Shown here one piece after another: positions 27,231 through 35,712 of a DNA stretch of 47,906 nucleotides (position 1 is its first letter; each line of letters starts with the position of its first letter). A model generated the notes under the pieces. That model worked only from the letters and a program-made list of their open reading frames with translations. It searched no databases and had not been told where the DNA came from. A program made the position numbers and the translations under genes. This DNA comes from an uncultured Bdellovibrionales bacterium (GTDB lineage Bacteria; Bdellovibrionota; Bdellovibrionia; Bdellovibrionales; Bdellovibrionaceae). Location: NCBI GenBank assembly GCA_964236345.1, contig CAXSEH010000001.1:1-47906 (forward strand). The letters are read 5' to 3'.

Positions 27231-30188
27231 ATGCAAGATAACCAAACAAAAATTATGAATTTAGGCGAAGAAATTTTGAAAAAGATGGAAGGCCAATCCA
27301 AGGCCTCGTTATTTTCAAAAGACTTTTGGTACGGGTCCATCATGGAATGGAGCATGAAAAACGAAAAATTTAAAACGAACATGTTTCGCTTTGTCGACGT
27401 GCTCCCGGCTCTTAAATCCGGAGACGACGTCGCGACCCACTTAAAAGAATATTTTTCCGAAGGTGGTAAAACTGAACTTCCGGCCGTGTTCAACGTGGGC
27501 CTGGGTTTAGGATCTTTAGCCCCGGGCTTAATGGCCGGCGCGATTAAAAAAAACGTGACCGCCATGGCTAAGATGTTCATCACCGGCGAGAATCCGCAAG
27601 AAGCTCTAGCGGTTTTAAAAAAAGCGCGAAAAAATAATTTAACATTCACCGTTGATATCTTGGGCGAAGCCACGCTTTCGGAAAAGGAAGCAAACGAATA
27701 CCAAAAGCGCTATTTAGATTTAATCGAATGGTTAGCAAAGGATGCGCAAAGCTGGCCCGAAATTCCTCAGCTTGATCGGGATGCCGACGGCGCTATTCCA
27801 AAAATAAACGTGTCAGTTAAGATGACCGCGCTTTATTCGCAAATTAACGACCGTGCATGGGATGAAACAAAATCCGTACTCAAAGATCGCCTGCGCCCCT
27901 TATTCAAAAAGGGAATGGAGCTTGGTGTATTCATTAATTTAGACATGGAACACTACGGAGTAAAACATTTAACTGTAGAAGTCTTCAAGGAATTGATCGC
28001 CGAACCTGATCTTCGTCACTACCGTTTCTTTGGTTGCGTGGTGCAAGCTTACCTGCGCGATTCTTTTCAAGATATTAAAGAGCTCACCGAATTTGCTCGT
28101 CAGCGCGGGACGCCGTTTACCATTCGCCTAGTGAAAGGCGCCTACTGGGATTCCGAAACGATCGAATCTCAACAACGCGATTGGCCAGTCCCCGTCTACA
28201 CGGTCAAGGCCGAGTCTGATGCAAATTACGAAAATTGCGCGAACTTTTTGTTAGAAAATTACAAACACATTCGCGTTGCGCTAGCATCACATAACGTCCG
28301 CACGTTATCAGCAGCGCTGGTAAAGGCTGAACAGCTTGGGCTGCCGAAAAATGCATTTGAAATTCAGATGCTTTACGGGATGGCTGAACCCATCAAAAAA
28401 ACTTTCGCCGACATGGGTTACCGCGTGCGCGAGTACGCGCCGGTCGGAGAACTTATCCCCGGTATGGCCTACTTAGTACGCCGTTTGCTTGAAAACACGT
28501 CGAACGAATCGTGGCTCCGCGGAAAGTTTGCCGAAAGTAAAACCACCGCGGAATTAATGAAGGATCCGGCGGTGGGTCTAACTCCAACAAGCGCGAACTT
28601 ACCAAAAAACAAAAATCTTTTTCACAACGAACCATTTTTAGATTTTGCCGTTCAAGACGTTCGGAAAAAGACCAAAAAAGCGGTTCAAGAATTAAACGCC
28701 GTCTTACCCAAAACGGTTTTACCGGTCATTGATGGAAAAACGGTTAAGACCGAAAACATTTTTAAAAGACCTAATCCATCGAACAGCGCAAAAATTGTGG
28801 CCGAAGTTCATATGGCCACAATTGAAATGGCGGAAACGGCCATACAATCCGCGCACAAAGCCTACGCAACGTGGAAAAAAGTTTCGGTCAATGAGCGTGC
28901 CGGCCTATTAGATAAAGTGGCCGATCTGATGAACCAAAGTAAATACAAATTGATGGCGACGCAAATTTTAGAAGTCGGAAAACCGTGGGCCGAAGCGGAT
29001 GCCGACGTGGCTGAGGCAATCGATTTTCTACGTTACTATGCCAATCACATGCGCGATTTACAGAAACCACTGCGCGTGGGTCACGCGCCCGGCGAAGTCA
29101 GTCAGTACATTTACAAATCACGCGGCGTCGTTACCGTCATCGCGCCTTGGAACTTTCCGCTCGCGATCTTAACGGGTCAGGTGGCCGCAGCGCTCGTCAC
29201 CGGGAACACCGTCGTGATGAAACCCGCCGAGCAAAGCTCGCTGGTTGCGCAAGGTCTAATGGATATTTTTAAACAGGCCGGAATTCCGACGGGGGTCGTC
29301 CAATTCGTGCCGGGCTACGGTGAAGAGGTCGGCGATTATTTAGTTAAACATAAATTAACCACCACGATCGCTTTTACGGGTTCGAAAACTGTCGGCTTGC
29401 TGATCGCTAAGAACGCGGCCGTCGTACAACCCGGCCAGCAGCACGTCAAACGATGCATCATCGAAATGGGCGGTAAAAACGCGTTGATCATCGATAATGA
29501 TGCCGATTTAGATGAAGCGGTCGATGCCGTTCTTTATTCGGGTTTTGGTTTTTCAGGACAGAAGTGCTCGGCGGCTTCACGCGTGATTATTCTTGAAGAC
29601 GTCTACGAAAAATTTGTTGATCGATTAGTCGAAGCGGCAAGTTCTTTACAAATTTTTTCGGCAGAAAATCCAAACGCTTACTTGGGGCCCGTCGTTGACG
29701 AAGAGGCCCACAAACGTCTTTTGGATGTTATCCAAACGGCTTCGCAAAAATACAAAATACTTTATAAAAGTGCGGCACCAACCGGCGGTTACTTTGTACC
29801 GATCACCATTATCGGAGGTGCGCAAGGCTCTGACGACGTTGCCCAAAACGAATTCTTTGGCCCGATCATGACCGTGATCAAAGCTAAAAATTTAGATGAC
29901 GCAATAGAAATTGCAAACTCAACCGAGTACGCTTTAACCGGTGGGCTTTTTTCAAGATCTCCTGCCAACATCGAAAAAGTGAAACAAGAACTTGAAGTCG
30001 GAAACATGTACATCAATCGCGGAATCACTGGGGCCATGGTGGATCGCCACCCGTTTGGCGGATTCAAAATGTCGGGCATCGGTTCAAAAACCGGGGGGCC
30101 TGATTATTTAAAACAATTTACCGACGCCGCCGTTGTAACCGAAAACACCATGCGCCGGGGTTTTGCCCCGGAAGAAATAGGAAACTAA
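27231..30188 (+). CDS. putA: Bifunctional proline dehydrogenase / P5C dehydrogenase PutA
   Basis: PRODH motifs RLVKGAY and YLVRRLLEN; ALDH motifs PWNFP, EMGGK, GQKCSA; 985 aa short-type PutA. Confidence 0.96.
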   Translation: MQDNQTKIMNLGEEILKKMEGQSKASLFSKDFWYGSIMEWSMKNEKFKTNMFRFVDVLPALKSGDDVATHLKEYFSEGGKTELPAVFNVGLGLGSLAPGLMAGAIKKNVTAMAKMFITGENPQEALAVLKKARKNNLTFTVDILGEATLSEKEANEYQKRYLDLIEWLAKDAQSWPEIPQLDRDADGAIPKINVSVKMTALYSQINDRAWDETKSVLKDRLRPLFKKGMELGVFINLDMEHYGVKHLTVEVFKELIAEPDLRHYRFFGCVVQAYLRDSFQDIKELTEFARQRGTPFTIRLVKGAYWDSETIESQQRDWPVPVYTVKAESDANYENCANFLLENYKHIRVALASHNVRTLSAALVKAEQLGLPKNAFEIQMLYGMAEPIKKTFADMGYRVREYAPVGELIPGMAYLVRRLLENTSNESWLRGKFAESKTTAELMKDPAVGLTPTSANLPKNKNLFHNEPFLDFAVQDVRKKTKKAVQELNAVLPKTVLPVIDGKTVKTENIFKRPNPSNSAKIVAEVHMATIEMAETAIQSAHKAYATWKKVSVNERAGLLDKVADLMNQSKYKLMATQILEVGKPWAEADADVAEAIDFLRYYANHMRDLQKPLRVGHAPGEVSQYIYKSRGVVTVIAPWNFPLAILTGQVAAALVTGNTVVMKPAEQSSLVAQGLMDIFKQAGIPTGVVQFVPGYGEEVGDYLVKHKLTTTIAFTGSKTVGLLIAKNAAVVQPGQQHVKRCIIEMGGKNALIIDNDADLDEAVDAVLYSGFGFSGQKCSAASRVIILEDVYEKFVDRLVEAASSLQIFSAENPNAYLGPVVDEEAHKRLLDVIQTASQKYKILYKSAAPTGGYFVPITIIGGAQGSDDVAQNEFFGPIMTVIKAKNLDDAIEIANSTEYALTGGLFSRSPANIEKVKQELEVGNMYINRGITGAMVDRHPFGGFKMSGIGSKTGGPDYLKQFTDAAVVTENTMRRGFAPEEIGN

Positions 30189-30709
30189 TGAAATCAAGAC
30201 TGCAAGCCGTCGCTCAAAATGACCAGCCCGTTGATGGCCACGGCATCGTTTACATGTTACTTAAAGACCATAAGGCCATGAAAAAATTAATGGCCACGAT
30301 CAAATCGCAGCGCAGTGATGATAAACTCATTGCTTCGACCTACCGCGAACTGATCCGGGTGGTTCGATCGCACGTGACGGCAGAAGAAAAATCTTTACTG
30401 AACCTACTGAAGACGCATCCTTATTTCAAATCGATGTCGACTGAAAGCTACCAAGAGCACCGGGTCCATGAATACGTCATCGGCGGAGTGGCGAAGGAAA
30501 AAAATCAAAAGTCTAAAATTGAACAAATGAAAGCCTTCTGCGAAATATTAGAACATCACCTTAAAGAAGAAGAGCGAGATTTGTTTCCGCGCTTCAAGAA
30601 ATATGCAGCCAAATCCACACGTCAAAAAATGGGTAGACGTTTTTTAATCGTCCGAAAATCGACGAAAGCGAAATCCGATTACCAAGGTGCTGCGCGGATT
30701 ACCAAATAG
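30188..30709 (+). CDS. Hemerythrin/HHE cation-binding domain protein
   Basis: DH, HxxxEE, EH and HHLKEEExxLFP motifs; TAATG overlap with putA. Confidence 0.85.
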   Translation: MKSRLQAVAQNDQPVDGHGIVYMLLKDHKAMKKLMATIKSQRSDDKLIASTYRELIRVVRSHVTAEEKSLLNLLKTHPYFKSMSTESYQEHRVHEYVIGGVAKEKNQKSKIEQMKAFCEILEHHLKEEERDLFPRFKKYAAKSTRQKMGRRFLIVRKSTKAKSDYQGAARITK

Positions 30710-30715
30710 TTTGAT

Positions 30716-31660
30716 TTAATCCAGCTCGGAAAGTTTCCGTTCGTCAATTTGCCATAGATGAATGAGGTACTTTGTTAGGCTACGCTCGCCCAGATAGGCG
30801 ACTCCAAGAACGAATCCCACAAGGGCGCCGCCAATATGGGCCGACACGGCAACTGCCGAACTGACGCCGGCGGGCTCCCATAGCGCCGTGATAAAATCAG
30901 ACATGATAAAAACCGGGAATACAAAGAACGCTGGCAAATAAATAATACCGTATCCTTGGGGAACTGGCGCAATGATGTAGCTATACGGCATTAGTTCATT
31001 TCGTTTGATGGTCACTAAAAAGGCCATTAAGGAAAAAGCGGATGCGCTCGCGCCTACGACCGCAATGCTTCCGCTACCCTCGAACAGCAGATAACTGATT
31101 CCGCCACCGAAACCGCCGAAAAGGTAAACGGTAATTAACCAAAATAATCCGACCCTGGTTTCAAGATATGAAATCAGTAAAAATATAATTAACATGTTTC
31201 CCAGAAAGTGTAGCAAATTAGCGTGGGCAAACTGGTAAGTGACCCAGGACCACGGCGAATTATCAACCCGTCCTAGTCCTAACTGATACTGGGCCGACTC
31301 AAAATATTCTTTTTTAAATTGCAGAAGCCGCGTTCGATTAATTTCAATTTGCACTTGGTCGCCGATGAATGGGAAACGTTCGACGCGACTCCAAAAACGG
31401 TGATCCCGCAACGCTTCAGCCGCGGTCACCGGCCCGCTCCACTGCGCCAATTCAACGGGATCTAAAGTTTGCGCATACATTTCGGAAATAGCGTACGCAA
31501 AATTTTTATCTTTCACCTGCTCCGACATCGAGTGCGAAGGCCAAACTTCGAAAGTCATTTGCGAGTAGACAAAAATAACTAAATTTGCCATCAAAAATGA
31601 CCAAGCCAAATTCAGCTGTGGTCTTTTAAAAAAAAGGTAAAAAAATCCGGGGATAATCAT
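30716..31660 (-). CDS. Rhomboid-family intramembrane serine protease
   Basis: HANLLHFLGN, GASA catalytic Ser, AHIGG. Confidence 0.9.
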   Translation of the reverse strand: MIIPGFFYLFFKRPQLNLAWSFLMANLVIFVYSQMTFEVWPSHSMSEQVKDKNFAYAISEMYAQTLDPVELAQWSGPVTAAEALRDHRFWSRVERFPFIGDQVQIEINRTRLLQFKKEYFESAQYQLGLGRVDNSPWSWVTYQFAHANLLHFLGNMLIIFLLISYLETRVGLFWLITVYLFGGFGGGISYLLFEGSGSIAVVGASASAFSLMAFLVTIKRNELMPYSYIIAPVPQGYGIIYLPAFFVFPVFIMSDFITALWEPAGVSSAVAVSAHIGGALVGFVLGVAYLGERSLTKYLIHLWQIDERKLSELD

Positions 31661-32865
31661 AAATCCTGAATCAACTCTAAGGCCTGCTGCTGCCTTTCAG
31701 TTTCGTCATCGAGCGCGGCCGGCCTACGGTCACCTTCATTATTTACGTTGGTGATTAATTCAGAGAGCAAATACTTCTTTACGATGCGACTGGCATCAAA
31801 TTGAGAAAGGGCCGCAAAATTGCTTTCGCGGTCTTGGTCTTTTTTCAAAATCATTCCGAGTTCGTAGGTTAGCGCAGCCGTAAGAACCGTGTCTTTCGTT
31901 TTTACGTAATCGTAAAGCGACTCGAAGTCTGCGGTCTTAAACGCCGTAACAAGGCGGCACGCGATTTGGTCTTCCGAATCGGGCGTACAAACTTGCCGTA
32001 AATACTTCGATTCCATTGCGCTTTCTTCTTCGGTTAAAGATTTTGCGAAGTAGGCTAAGGGGGCCTCATCCGTTTTATTTTTCCACAGAACGAAATCAGC
32101 TTCGCGGTCTAAACACTCATCAGAAAGCTGACCAACTAAGTTCATGGCGATGGCTAATTGCAATCGTGACGCTTGTCCAACGCCCTTTAGTTGAGTGCAA
32201 AATTGATTTTTCTTTTCCGCCTGCTTAAAACTGTCGGCCCGGTTCGTAATGTCGCGGTATTGTAACATGATGAATGAAACAAATAACATCCCAACAAAAA
32301 TCATTAAGGTGGCTGAGAATGATTGCCAGTAACGATTTTCTACTTCGAAACCAAAAAATTCTGAAGTTTGTTTTTTAGAATAAATCCGACAGTCGGCAAT
32401 GCGATCGTAAAAAGTTTTTTGCAAAGGGTGCGACAGCAGTGCAAGCCAAGGAATTCCCGCAAACAGGATCGTGGCCCAGAACCCTACTTGGCGACAGAAC
32501 GCACGGAAGAAGATAAGGGAATCTTCACCTTCGAACTGAATTTGAATTTTCAAAAAATACTGACCCGGAGTTGCTCGCCAGATGGCGATAAAACCCGCTT
32601 GAAACGCGCTAAATAGTGCCACGTAACTTAAGGCCAACATCACGCTGATTCCTAATTGCTCGGGTGCTGAAGGGTTTAGTCGCCAGTACCGAATCGCATC
32701 CTGAAAAAGCAAAAACAGAATAAAACTAACGAAAGGAGAAAAAAGAAGATAGTCGATTAAGAATGAAAAAAAACGATCCATCAAAGAGGCTTTGTACTTA
32801 GCCGGCTCGTTTTTAAAAAGTGGGTCGTTAAAGTTTTGCTCGTCTGAAATGTCGCGATAAACCAT
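31657..32865 (-). CDS. RDD-family membrane protein with C-terminal extracytoplasmic domain
   Basis: RFFSFLID, TPGQ and FYDRIA RDD motifs. Confidence 0.82.
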   Translation of the reverse strand: MVYRDISDEQNFNDPLFKNEPAKYKASLMDRFFSFLIDYLLFSPFVSFILFLLFQDAIRYWRLNPSAPEQLGISVMLALSYVALFSAFQAGFIAIWRATPGQYFLKIQIQFEGEDSLIFFRAFCRQVGFWATILFAGIPWLALLSHPLQKTFYDRIADCRIYSKKQTSEFFGFEVENRYWQSFSATLMIFVGMLFVSFIMLQYRDITNRADSFKQAEKKNQFCTQLKGVGQASRLQLAIAMNLVGQLSDECLDREADFVLWKNKTDEAPLAYFAKSLTEEESAMESKYLRQVCTPDSEDQIACRLVTAFKTADFESLYDYVKTKDTVLTAALTYELGMILKKDQDRESNFAALSQFDASRIVKKYLLSELITNVNNEGDRRPAALDDETERQQQALELIQDL

Positions 32866-32871
32866 GCTGGC

Positions 32872-32898
32872 TTATCGGAATTTTAAACTTTTGACTAA
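32872..32898 (-). promoter_or_regulatory. FliA-type promoter of the RDD-rhomboid operon
   Basis: TTAG-N15-TCCGATAA, 6 nt before the ATG. Confidence 0.72.
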
Positions 32899-32902
32899 AA
32901 AA

Positions 32903-33436
32903 TTATTGAACTTCGATCGTCAGAACGCGACCTTGGTCATCACGCTGGATGTTAAACTTTCCGATGTCCTGCCCGCTTTTATCCTTCAGCTGAACCGCTT
33001 CATTTTTTGCGTCGGTGCTAGAAATTTTATAATGGTCAAAGTTTTTAAGAACCGAAGCGTAGTCTTTTAGAAAACTTTCCGTGTCCATCTGAATGGGAGC
33101 TTGGTTTTCCAATAAAGAAATTTTTTGAATTTTACCTTCGTTTAATTTCGCTTCGTAATGCCCTTCGAAAACTTCGAATAGTAACCGATCTTGTAGGTTC
33201 GGCTTTTTGCCGAGCAAAGTCTTAGCGTTCGTTTCTTTCGAAACGGTTTGCGCCAGCTCTTGTTCCCACTTAATTTGTCGGGGTTCGAATCTTTCACCGA
33301 AGCTTGCCACTTCGCGATCTTGTTCGGTGTTCGAATTTCGAATGATCACTTCATTCACGACAGCCGCTCCCAGCACCACCGCACACAACGTTAACATCGT
33401 TAAATTTTTCTGAGTCATAGCCATATTATGCCCCAC
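32903..33436 (-). CDS. Hypothetical exported or membrane-anchored protein
   Basis: Hydrophobic N-terminal segment; start may be 33424 or 33418. Confidence 0.7.
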   Translation of the reverse strand: MGHNMAMTQKNLTMLTLCAVVLGAAVVNEVIIRNSNTEQDREVASFGERFEPRQIKWEQELAQTVSKETNAKTLLGKKPNLQDRLLFEVFEGHYEAKLNEGKIQKISLLENQAPIQMDTESFLKDYASVLKNFDHYKISSTDAKNEAVQLKDKSGQDIGKFNIQRDDQGRVLTIEVQ

Positions 33437-33522
33437 ATTTTTATGAACCTGTTTCGAAAAACGAGAAGGCCCAACCTAAGTCGAGCCTAACTTCATCAAG
33501 AAGACAAATTTCGGTCAAGCAA

Positions 33523-33951
33523 TTAAGCCGCCAGTTTACGTCGACGTGCTTGTGATGGGTCAATGTGATATTGTTTCACTTTGCGGTATAAAGTCGCGCG
33601 GCCAATTCCTAAAGCTTTTGCGGCCTCAGTAAGGTTTCCCTTATATTGGTTGATGGCAGATTCAATCGCTCTTGCTTCAAGATCTTCCATCTTTTGAATT
33701 TTTCCTTCAGGATTTACTCCCGGGAAAGAAACAACGTTATTTAAGTTATCGGTCGTCAATGGGCTTGTTCCCGTTGATAACGCCGGCACACCGTTTACAA
33801 GTTGCGAACGAAAGAATGGATTATCTAATCCTTCTCGCCATTGCTGACCAGCGTACGTAAAATAGCTGACCTCTTGACCTTCAGTTGATTTTTTTACTTT
33901 TTCAATCACATCTGGATTTTCACTCACGATGTACACAAACGAACGAGCCAT
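33523..33951 (-). CDS. Stand-alone Fis/NtrC-type HTH protein (no AAA+ domain)
   Basis: C-terminal GNLTEAAKALGIGRATLYRK; 142 aa; strong RBS GGAGG. Confidence 0.85.
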   Translation of the reverse strand: MARSFVYIVSENPDVIEKVKKSTEGQEVSYFTYAGQQWREGLDNPFFRSQLVNGVPALSTGTSPLTTDNLNNVVSFPGVNPEGKIQKMEDLEARAIESAINQYKGNLTEAAKALGIGRATLYRKVKQYHIDPSQARRRKLAA

Positions 33952-33999
33952 GTGGCCTCCCTCTCAATAGTTAGATGAATCAAATGACTCACAATGAAT

Positions 34000-34026
34000 G
34001 TATCGGAATGATAATGAAAAAGCATA
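34000..34026 (-). promoter_or_regulatory. Possible FliA-type promoter of the Fis-like gene
   Basis: TATG-N15-TCCGATAC. Confidence 0.5.
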
Positions 34027-34090
34027 AGGGGTCTTTTAAAAAAAATTTACTTTTTGCCGAATGCCATGAAAAGCGTTTCAGATTGAAACA

Positions 34091-34831
34091 TTAATAAGTG
34101 TAAATCCATTGAGCGCCTAGCTGGCCAGGTCCAATGACTGGTAAAAAAACGCTTTTTCGTTTTTCATCGACGATGTCTTGGGTCGAGTAATAACTTGCAC
34201 GGGCCGCCCAAAATCCGACGAAGGCCCCGGCGACAACGTCACTTCCCCAGTGGACATCGTCTGATAATCGAGACAGTCCCACGAAAGTTGCAAGCGGATA
34301 GGCCACGACGGCGGCTTTCCAGCCGTAAGCGTAAGTTAAACTTGTTGCCGTCGTAAAGGCGGTCGTCGCATGACCCGACGGAAACGAGTGATGATCATCA
34401 CTATTTCCCGGGCGGGGTCGACCAAAAGAAAACTTCATGGCGCTCGAGAAAACGGTGCTCCACACCAAAGCACGGGCGTGTGAAATCCAGTTGTCCCGTT
34501 CAGCATCAAAAAAATATTGCCCACCCATAGCCAACACTCCGGCGGCACCCGAACCAAGTAGATCGCCCACGTGCGCGTTGTCCTTACTCATATAGTGATA
34601 GTTTTTCCAGTCACTTCGGATTTGGTCATCTTGCGGATTGACGATCACGACGCTCGCCGCCCCCGCCGCTAATATAAACTGCGAATTTTGATCAAAAGCT
34701 TTTTCGAAGAAAGGGTAAACATGCTGGTCCGCGAAGGATGCAGATGACATCCCGTCGGTGGAAGAAGCGGCGAAAACCGGTGGAGTTAAAACGAAAATGA
34801 AACACAGTATTTTAAAATTAAAAAAGCGCAT
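34091..34831 (-). CDS. PAP2-family phosphatase
   Basis: KxxxxRPRP, SFPSGH and SRxxxxxHWGSD motifs. Confidence 0.9.
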   Translation of the reverse strand: MRFFNFKILCFIFVLTPPVFAASSTDGMSSASFADQHVYPFFEKAFDQNSQFILAAGAASVVIVNPQDDQIRSDWKNYHYMSKDNAHVGDLLGSGAAGVLAMGGQYFFDAERDNWISHARALVWSTVFSSAMKFSFGRPRPGNSDDHHSFPSGHATTAFTTATSLTYAYGWKAAVVAYPLATFVGLSRLSDDVHWGSDVVAGAFVGFWAARASYYSTQDIVDEKRKSVFLPVIGPGQLGAQWIYTY

Positions 34832-34853
34832 AAGAAATTATGCGCTTTTTTTT
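34820..34853. terminator. Bidirectional-looking intrinsic terminator overlapping the PAP2 start codon
   Basis: AAAAAAGCGCATAA-gaaa-TTATGCGCTTTTTT. Confidence 0.7.
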
Positions 34854-34885
34854 CTGATCCTGTCGAGATGATTATCAGCTTTAGA

Positions 34886-35464
34886 TTATCTGCGGCCCGA
34901 TTTGATTTTGACCTGTAACTTAGAGATTAAATGCACGGCCATCTTTTCTTGAACTTTACACATTTTTAATTCGTCACGACGGTAAGAACGTTGCGACGGC
35001 GTTAAAGTTCCCGTCTCAAGTTCCATTTCGTAATCCAATTTACTTGAACGAATACCTTCAAGTTCTTTGGTTTGTTGCTTAAACAACTTAGTCACACCAC
35101 TGACCGGAGCAACTTCGATCCATTCTTCCTTTTGGCGGTACCAGGAAACCATACGTAAAAAGCGGGCTTTGTTTTTAGCTAAAGTAAACTTTGGAAACGT
35201 AGCTTCGTTTAAATCTAATATATTGTCGACGGCGTCGAAATCGAAGTCGTTTTCCTCTTCGAAATTAAAACCATTCATCTGTGCTAGTTTTTCAAGCTCG
35301 ATGGCGGCTTCGGCCTCTTCTCGGGCGCGAAGTGACGCGGCGGAATCGCCTTCGTCGGAGTCTAAATCGTCTGAATCGATTTCGACCTCTTTCATTTCTT
35401 TTTCCTGAACTTTTTGGTTGATCATATCGTGTGAACCAATAGCTGACGACTCTGTGCTAGACAT
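34886..35464 (-). CDS. Hypothetical protein, acidic N-terminal half and basic helical C-terminal half
   Basis: 192 aa ORF with RBS GGGGG. Confidence 0.75.
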   Translation of the reverse strand: MSSTESSAIGSHDMINQKVQEKEMKEVEIDSDDLDSDEGDSAASLRAREEAEAAIELEKLAQMNGFNFEEENDFDFDAVDNILDLNEATFPKFTLAKNKARFLRMVSWYRQKEEWIEVAPVSGVTKLFKQQTKELEGIRSSKLDYEMELETGTLTPSQRSYRRDELKMCKVQEKMAVHLISKLQVKIKSGRR

Positions 35465-35644
35465 GCTTTTCCCCCGGTGAATTTTGAAACTTAGGTCTTA
35501 TACCCCAATTAGGTGAATGCCACAATATGTCAAACGCGTTTTGTTCAGTGACACTGTAATTATGTTAACAACACGCGGCGGTTTTTTTTGACCTTTATGG
35601 ACACAACTAACGTCTATCTCTAGAGTAAAAGGACTAGTCTGGTT

Positions 35645-35671
35645 CAAGCTTCGGCTCTCAACTGTCGAGAA
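35645..35671 (+). promoter_or_regulatory. Possible FliA-type promoter of the hydrolase pair
   Basis: CAAG-N15-GTCGAGAA. Confidence 0.45.
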
Positions 35672-35712
35672 GCGAATCAAACAACCAGTCTACGAGTTTT
35701 CAGGAGGGGTCC

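Noticed and set aside
27032-30079. Long antisense ORFs such as 27032-27673 and 29789-30079, and similar ones inside clpA, mutS2, icd and the efflux genes
   Set aside because: Reverse-frame shadows of well-supported genes.
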